Positions 58,178 through 64,000 of a stretch of DNA of 64,000 bases are shown one piece after another; the stretch's first letter is position 1; each line of letters opens with the position of its first letter. Origin of the DNA: Patescibacteria group bacterium (GTDB lineage Bacteria > Patescibacteriota > Minisyncoccia > JACQLN01); NCBI GenBank assembly GCA_038065095.1, contig JBBTRR010000004.1, forward strand, positions 15,998-79,997, written 5' to 3'. A program made the position numbers and the translations under genes. The notes beneath the pieces were generated by a model. The model had not been told where the DNA came from, did not search any database, and saw nothing but the letters and a program-made list of their open reading frames with translations.

Positions 58178-58316
58178 CCTTCGCCCACCCTTCGCCAAAG
58201 GCTACGGAGTGGCAAGTAATGCTACGGCGGGCAAGCCCGCTTAAGCACTCAAGCTACTAACATCTACTCTATCAAATAGCCCAAATTTAAGAAAGGTGTT
58301 GTATAATTAAAAGATA

Positions 58317-60080
58317 ATGACCCTCGATTTAGAAAAATTTAAAAAATTCTTAATAGATTCAAATTTAGTTTCGGCCAAGAACTTAGAATTAGCCGAAGCC
58401 GAAGAAAAAGAAACTGGTCGCAGGCTGGACGATGTTTTGCTAAGGCGAAATTTTGTTTCCGAAGAAATGATGGTTAAAGCTAAGGCCTATGTTTTAGGAA
58501 TTCCCTTTGTGGATTTAACAAATCAAAAAGTTGAACCAGAAATTTTAAAAATAATTCCCGAACCAATTGCTCGTAACAGTAACATTGTGGCTTTTCGCAA
58601 AACAGGAGCTGATCTTGAAGTGGCCATGCTTGATCCTAACGATTTACAAACCATAGATTTTATAAAGAAAAAAGCCAGTCTTAATATTTTACCTAGATTA
58701 ACTTCGCGCCAATCTTTAGAAGCTGTTTTAAGGCAGTATCAACGTAGTTTAGAGGATGAATTTAGCAATATTATAAAAGCTGAATCTTCAGCTGTGCTTA
58801 AAGTTGTAGAGTTAGCTTCAAAAGATGGCAAAATAAAATCTGATGCCGAATTACAACGTGTGGCCGAAGAATTACCTGTTGTAAAAATTGTGGATACGCT
58901 AATACGTCATGCTATTTTAGAAAATGCTTCCGATATCCACATAGAGCCCGAAGAAAAAGATATAGTGGTACGTTATCGCATTGATGGTGTATTAAAAGAT
59001 GTAATGACTCTGCCTCAAGCTGTGCACGATGGCATTGTGGCTCGTATTAAAGTTTTATCTAATTTAAAATTAGATGAACATAGACTGCCTCAAGATGGTC
59101 GTTTTAAAATAGAAGGAGATGGTTTTAAGGTTTCTTTTCGTGTTTCTATTTTGCCAGTTTACGATGGCGAAAAAATTGTGATGCGTCTTTTGCAGGAAGA
59201 CGCACAAGGTTTTACGTTAGAAAGTTTGGGTTATAGGGGTAAGGCTTTAGAAATTTTACACCGCGCCATTAAACGTCCAACTGGTTTAATTTTATCTACC
59301 GGTCCCACCGGTTCAGGAAAAACCACTTCGCTTTATACAATTTTGGATATTTTAAATACTCCAGAAGTTAATATTTCAACCATAGAAGACCCAATAGAAT
59401 ATAGAATACCGCGTGTTAATCAAACGCAAGTTAAACCCGAAATTGGTTTTACTTTTGCTCAAGGTTTACGCACGTTGGTTCGCCAAGATCCCGACATTGT
59501 TATGGTAGGAGAAATACGTGATAGTGAAACAGCTGCTTTGGCTATTAATGCTTCGCTCACGGGGCATTTGGTTGTTTCTACTTTACATACCAATTCTGCG
59601 GCTGGTGCTGTACCTAGATTAATTGATATGAAAGTAGAACCGTTTTTAATTTCATCTACGATGACGGCTATTATAGCTCAAAGATTAGTAAGATGCCTTT
59701 CACCAGACAGCCGAACTAAATATAGTCTTACAAAAACAGAGATAGAGTCGCTAGGTAAGGAAATAGATTCAGAAAAAGTTTTAAAAACACTTAAAGCCGA
59801 AAAAGCTATTGGGCCAAAAGATACATGGGAATCAATAAGTTTTTATAGACCTAAAGAAACCGAGACCGCTCCAACGGGCTATAAAGGTAGAATTGGAATT
59901 TTTGAAGTTTTGGATATTACACCAAAAATTAAAGAACTTATTGTGGCTTCGGCAACTTCGGACGATATTCAAAAAGTGGCCGAAGAAGAGGGCATGATAA
60001 CTATGTTGGAAGACGGTTTTATAAAAGCAGTTCAAGGTATAACCAGTATAGAAGAAATTTTAAGAGCTTCAAGGGAATAA
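58317..60080 (+). CDS. pilB: Type IV pilus assembly ATPase PilB/GspE family
   Basis: 587 aa; N-terminal GSPII_E domain, Walker A LSTGPTGSGKTTSLYT, Asp and His boxes, tetracysteine-like region. Confidence 0.9.
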   Translation: MTLDLEKFKKFLIDSNLVSAKNLELAEAEEKETGRRLDDVLLRRNFVSEEMMVKAKAYVLGIPFVDLTNQKVEPEILKIIPEPIARNSNIVAFRKTGADLEVAMLDPNDLQTIDFIKKKASLNILPRLTSRQSLEAVLRQYQRSLEDEFSNIIKAESSAVLKVVELASKDGKIKSDAELQRVAEELPVVKIVDTLIRHAILENASDIHIEPEEKDIVVRYRIDGVLKDVMTLPQAVHDGIVARIKVLSNLKLDEHRLPQDGRFKIEGDGFKVSFRVSILPVYDGEKIVMRLLQEDAQGFTLESLGYRGKALEILHRAIKRPTGLILSTGPTGSGKTTSLYTILDILNTPEVNISTIEDPIEYRIPRVNQTQVKPEIGFTFAQGLRTLVRQDPDIVMVGEIRDSETAALAINASLTGHLVVSTLHTNSAAGAVPRLIDMKVEPFLISSTMTAIIAQRLVRCLSPDSRTKYSLTKTEIESLGKEIDSEKVLKTLKAEKAIGPKDTWESISFYRPKETETAPTGYKGRIGIFEVLDITPKIKELIVASATSDDIQKVAEEEGMITMLEDGFIKAVQGITSIEEILRASRE

Positions 60081-60084
60081 GGGC

Positions 60085-60215
60085 TTTGTTCGCGAGCGGA
60101 GCGAGCGATAACAAAACCTTATGGTGAGTGTAGCGAATCCATTACATTAAAGTAATTCTTCGATTATACTCAGGATGCTCAAATTTAATAATTAATCGCT
60201 TCGCTCTTAAATAAA
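60085..60215. repeat. Palindrome-containing intergenic repeat, copy 2 (upstream of pilC)
   Basis: gagcgagcgataa ... gctcaaatttaataattaatcgcttcgctc; terminal portion shared with 44600-44700. Confidence 0.4.
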
Positions 60216-60221
60216 TTTGGC

Positions 60222-61469
60222 ATGGAATACGAATATAAAGCTGTTTCTAAAGACGGCAAAAAAACTGAAGGTGTAAAAATGGCCGATAGCCAAATATCTT
60301 TGGCGCGCAGTTTAAGGGAAGACGGAATGTTTTTAATTTCTGCTAGGGAAAAAGGGGTTAATGGTCCTTTGCCTGAAAGCGTATCAATTTTAAAGAAAGA
60401 TGTTTTTAATTCTTTAGAGTTTTTATTTAAGTATGTTAGTTTGCAAGAAAAAGTTATTTTTGCCCGCCATTTAGGCTTGATGATACGAGCTGGTTTTTCT
60501 TTAAATAAAGCGCTAGATACTTTATCTCGGCAAACAAAAAATAAATATTTTTCACAAGCGCTCAAGAATATAAGTGGCAGAGTAGCTTCGGGCGAAACTT
60601 TTAGCCAAGCGATTTCTTATTATCCTAATATTTTTCCAGATCTTTTTGTGAGTATGGCTAAAGTGGGTGAGGCTTCGGGTAAATTAGAAAGCACTTTAAA
60701 GTTGGTTATGATGCATTTGCGTCGTGAGTATATGCTTAAGCGAAAAATACACGGAGCTTTGGTTTACCCAAGTATAATAGTGGTAGCCATGTTGGGCGTG
60801 GGTGCTGTTATGATGACATTTGTTTTGCCGCAATTGGCCAGCACATTTGCAGAACTTAATGTACCTTTACCTATAAGTACGCAGATAATTTTTGGCATTT
60901 CTAACTTTATGAGCCAGTATTGGTATTTTTTAATTTTAATTCTGGTTGTAGTTAGTTATTCTCTTTATTTCTTTTTTCGAAAAACAAAGTTAGGCAAGAA
61001 AGCGATAAATCTATTTTTATTAAAAACACCAATTTTTTCCGATATTACTAAAAAAATAAATTCAGCTAGATTTGCTAGAACTCTCAGTTCTTTGCTTTTA
61101 GGCGGAATACCATTAGTAGAGGCTATACGTATTACTAGTGATTCACTGACAAATTATTTTTATAAAAAAATTATTGCTGAAACTATGGTTGAAATTGAAA
61201 AAGGAAAAAACTTATCTTCTTTGTTAATAAAATATCCTAATATGTTTCCACCCGTAGTTACCGAGATGATAGCTGTAGGCGAGGAAACAGGCTCGCTCGC
61301 TGATATTTTAAAAGAATTAGCGCATTTTTTTGAATCGGAAGTATCTATAGCTACTAAAAGTATGTCTTCTGTAATTGAGCCGGTGATAATGATTTTAATG
61401 GGTATAGCTGTGGGAATTTTTGCCTTGTCTGTAATACAACCTATTTATTCGATAGGAGCAGGTCTGTAA
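60222..61469 (+). CDS. pilC: Type IV pilus inner-membrane platform protein PilC/GspF family
   Basis: 415 aa; two T2SSF repeats (..ARFARTLSSLLLGGIPLVEAI..; ..PVVTEMIAVGEETGSL..) and three TMs. Confidence 0.85.
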   Translation: MEYEYKAVSKDGKKTEGVKMADSQISLARSLREDGMFLISAREKGVNGPLPESVSILKKDVFNSLEFLFKYVSLQEKVIFARHLGLMIRAGFSLNKALDTLSRQTKNKYFSQALKNISGRVASGETFSQAISYYPNIFPDLFVSMAKVGEASGKLESTLKLVMMHLRREYMLKRKIHGALVYPSIIVVAMLGVGAVMMTFVLPQLASTFAELNVPLPISTQIIFGISNFMSQYWYFLILILVVVSYSLYFFFRKTKLGKKAINLFLLKTPIFSDITKKINSARFARTLSSLLLGGIPLVEAIRITSDSLTNYFYKKIIAETMVEIEKGKNLSSLLIKYPNMFPPVVTEMIAVGEETGSLADILKELAHFFESEVSIATKSMSSVIEPVIMILMGIAVGIFALSVIQPIYSIGAGL

Positions 61470-61634
61470 GTTAGATATTAGCTTTCTAGCTCCTTAGCTC
61501 CTTAGCTTTTTAGGTAAGATTTCCTAGGAAGTTAATATACTAGAAAGCTAAAAGATATTTATGAAAGGATTTACCTCGACACAAGAAAATGGCGTTGTCT
61601 CTACAGCATTTTTAGTAAAATAAAGTTAGTTAAT

Positions 61635-62561
61635 ATGAAAAAGAAATGGCTAAAGTTCTCTAATATCTTAAGGAGACAAAATGAAAATTCTTCGCCATTT
61701 TTCTGTGCGGGGTTTACATTAGTTGAACTTCTTGTGGTCATAGCTATCACCTCTATTTTACTGGCTGGTGGCGTAGTATCGTTAAGTAGTATAAGAACTT
61801 CAAGTAGTTTATCGGCTGGAGCCGATACCATCAGACTAACTTTAGAAAAATCTCGTCTCTCAGCCTTAGTTAAAGAAAATGAAACCGGCTATAGCGTGAA
61901 ATTAAATGAAAATAATATTGTTTTATTTAAAGGTATGTCTTACGACCTGAACAATTCTAGCAATAAAATTATTAACTTGCCTTCAAGCACAAAGATTACC
62001 AGTGTTAACTTGGGTAATGGTAACAGCATAGTCTCGTTTAGTAGTCTTACTGGTACAACTAGTCCAGGCACAATAGTATTATCGTCCACTATTGATCCTT
62101 CACATATTAGAACGATTTATTTAGATGGTTCTGGGCGTATTTATCATGCTTATACATCTGCTGGTGGAGGAGGAGGTGGCGGTTCTGGTGGTGATGGTCA
62201 GGTTACTGATAGTGGGCATCAAGAATTTAATTTGGGTTGGAGCATTCAAGACACATCAGAAATTAAATTTAAATTTCTAGATCCGCCAACGACCAAAATT
62301 TTTCTTATGCAGCCGCACTTAAATGGCAGTAAAACAGTTTTTAATTATGTTGGTTATTTTAATGAGGGCGGTGTAAATCAGAAGATAACAATGTATTCTA
62401 ATCAATTAGATCCCAATAACACTATTCTTTCTATAACTAGGGAACCCAAGGGTTCTGGGCCGACGTTAGAAATTTCCATAGACAATAATGTTATTGTGAC
62501 TTATTTTGCTGATGGTACAGTTTCGGTGGGTTCCAGTGGCGGAACAATGATAGCGCAGTAG
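61635..62561 (+). CDS. Type IV pilin-like protein with Gly-rich internal tract
   Basis: Prepilin leader plus N-methylation-site hydrophobic helix AGFTLVELLVVIAITSILLAGG; 308 aa; poly-Gly stretch AGGGGGGGSGGDG. Confidence 0.7.
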   Translation: MKKKWLKFSNILRRQNENSSPFFCAGFTLVELLVVIAITSILLAGGVVSLSSIRTSSSLSAGADTIRLTLEKSRLSALVKENETGYSVKLNENNIVLFKGMSYDLNNSSNKIINLPSSTKITSVNLGNGNSIVSFSSLTGTTSPGTIVLSSTIDPSHIRTIYLDGSGRIYHAYTSAGGGGGGGSGGDGQVTDSGHQEFNLGWSIQDTSEIKFKFLDPPTTKIFLMQPHLNGSKTVFNYVGYFNEGGVNQKITMYSNQLDPNNTILSITREPKGSGPTLEISIDNNVIVTYFADGTVSVGSSGGTMIAQ

Positions 62562-62678
62562 TTTTTCGATATAATGATAGTTGTTAGTTATAAGTTTCTG
62601 TTTTTAGTTTAAGTTTTAAGTTAAACTGGCAACTATAACTATTAACTATAACTAGAAATTAAGAACTATAAACTGATT

Positions 62679-63152
62679 ATGAATAATAAAGGTGTAAGTT
62701 TAATTGAAGCTGTGGTGGTGTTGGGTCTTCTTGCTACAGTTGTTTCGGGATTGGTTCAACTTAATTTATCTTTTTCTCGTAATATTTCTTCGGAGGGTTT
62801 AAGTGTCCGCGCCAATGCAATTGCTGTTGAAACAATGGAAGTGGTCAGGGTTTTAAGAGATCAGAATTGGAATAATTTAGGAAATTTAACACCAGAAATG
62901 CCATATTATTTATCTTTTTCTGAATCGGCGAAAGATTGGACAATTGAAAGTTCGGATACAGGTAAAATTCAAGGAATATTTTCTAGAAGTTTTTATGTTT
63001 ATCCCGTTTTGCGTGATGCAATTACAGGAAAAATATCTGCTTCGGATGGAAATAGTGATAGCAATACTTTAAAAGTTGAAGTTATGGTCGGTTGGAATGA
63101 TAGAGGTCGCGATAAAGATATAAAATTGACTACATATTTATCGAATTTTTAA
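62679..63152 (+). CDS. Prepilin-type N-terminal domain protein (minor pilin-like)
   Basis: MNNKGVSLIEAVVVLGLLATVVSGL class III signal-like N-terminus. Confidence 0.6.
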   Translation: MNNKGVSLIEAVVVLGLLATVVSGLVQLNLSFSRNISSEGLSVRANAIAVETMEVVRVLRDQNWNNLGNLTPEMPYYLSFSESAKDWTIESSDTGKIQGIFSRSFYVYPVLRDAITGKISASDGNSDSNTLKVEVMVGWNDRGRDKDIKLTTYLSNF

Positions 63153-63177
63153 TTTCCAAATCCTAATTTCTAAACAA

Positions 63178-63732
63178 ATGCCAAAACCCAAATTACAAAT
63201 AAATTCTAAAGAGGCTAAAAGCTGTATAGGGTTCACACTTATTGAAACTTTATTATATGTAGCAGTACTCGGTGTTTTGCTTGTAGTAATTTCCAATTTG
63301 ATTTTAGGCACGATAGGTAATTATAAAACTTCTAGTATTAGAGATGGATTAGCTTCTTCTGGGTATCAAGTTTTTGGATTTTTTTTTAGAGAAGTAAAAA
63401 ATGCTAATAGTGTTTACTTCTCAACCTCAAGTTTAGATAATGATTTTGGCACTTTGAGTTTAACAACTCCGTTTCAGCTGGGTAGTGGTTTGGTCGGTCA
63501 GACCACCTTTTATCTTTCAGGTGGCAGAATTATGCTTAGTCGTGAAGGTGAAACTCCGCTGGTTTTGACCCCAGATGATATTGAAATAATTAAATTTAAA
63601 TTTATTAGAATAACTCCCAAAGCTGGTTTAGAAGGTATACGTTTTTATTTGGATCTTAAAAGCAAAATTAAACCAGAAGAAACTTTTTCTTTAACCACTT
63701 TTACTATGCTCCGTGGCGGCTATATTCAATGA
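63178..63732 (+). CDS. Prepilin-type N-terminal domain protein (minor pilin-like)
   Basis: ...AKSCIGFTLIETLLYVAVLGVLLVVISNL; G-FTLIE motif. Confidence 0.6.
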   Translation: MPKPKLQINSKEAKSCIGFTLIETLLYVAVLGVLLVVISNLILGTIGNYKTSSIRDGLASSGYQVFGFFFREVKNANSVYFSTSSLDNDFGTLSLTTPFQLGSGLVGQTTFYLSGGRIMLSREGETPLVLTPDDIEIIKFKFIRITPKAGLEGIRFYLDLKSKIKPEETFSLTTFTMLRGGYIQ

Positions 63733-63742
63733 TCTTTCTTTA

Positions 63743-64000
63743 TGGCAAATAAACTAAAAACTAAAAACTTAAAACTAAAAACTGAAGGTGGCTACGCCGC
63801 AATGTTTTCTTTTTTGATTATGATAATTGTTTTAGGGTCTTTGGTGTCGGTTTTTACAATTTTGGTTTTGAAAGGTATTTTTTTGGCTAGAACCAGTGTG
63901 GCAGAATTTAAAAATATTTACGCTATTGAGGGTTTTATTGAGGACACATTAAAACGTACCCGTGATACAAGTTTAGCTGACACAGATGATGGAGAGGTTC
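63743..64000 (+). CDS. Hypothetical membrane protein in pilus cluster (partial, runs off window)
   Basis: Hand translation MANKLKTKNLKLKTEGGYAAMFSFLIMIIVLGSLVSVFTILVL... with no stop before the window end. N-terminal hydrophobic helix but no canonical G/FxxxE site. Confidence 0.35.

Noticed and set aside
61470-62680. Short direct repeats (ctccttag x2; aactataact x3) as possible CRISPR
   Set aside because: Only 2-3 irregular copies of 8-10 bp with no uniform spacers; no cas genes in the window.

Overview
This is a 64-kb window of a very AT-rich genome with locally GC-elevated islands. Gene order and content suggest a small-genome bacterium, possibly Patescibacteria/CPR; this is inference from gene content only.

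Housekeeping genes recognised from the translations: rsmA/ksgA, a UvrD/PcrA helicase, a YifB/ComM ATPase, dksA-like, rpsO, a NYN-domain gene, pnp, ftsH, rpsA, gyrA, cspA, trpS, xerC/D-like, nusA, an H+-pyrophosphatase, tig, clpP, gpmI, rny and hup. A type IV pilus cluster (pilB, pilC, at least three prepilin-type proteins) runs off the right edge. Five tRNAs were identified by hand-folding: Ile(UAU), Leu(UAG), Arg(UCG), Gly(UCC) and Pro(UGG).

Accessory content is dense. There are about nine toxin-antitoxin-like modules: HigBA, DinJ/YafQ, two RelE-like pairs, HEPN/MNT, two HicBA, DUF4258/DUF2283 and AbiEii. A tandem trio of TrbC/VirB2-like two-TM small proteins has its first member fused to an M15 cell-wall peptidase. 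A GC-rich pair of membrane proteins sits next to a tRNA-Leu embedded in a multi-level inverted repeat.

The most unusual signal is the number of small structured repeat families: a 39-bp palindromic element inserted in-frame in rsmA and reused as the trpS terminator; a about 50-nt palindromic insert inside terminator loops (3 copies); miniature elements downstream of tRNA-Gly and tRNA-Pro, each flanked by a direct repeat of the cognate tRNA 3' end; CTCGAG-centred palindromes (3 copies); a GC hairpin terminator family (5 copies); and AT-rich palindromic intergenic repeats.

A large minus-strand ORF (1..2590, partial) is missing from the ORF track because its stop lies outside the window; a plus-strand ORF starting at 63743 is missing for the same reason.
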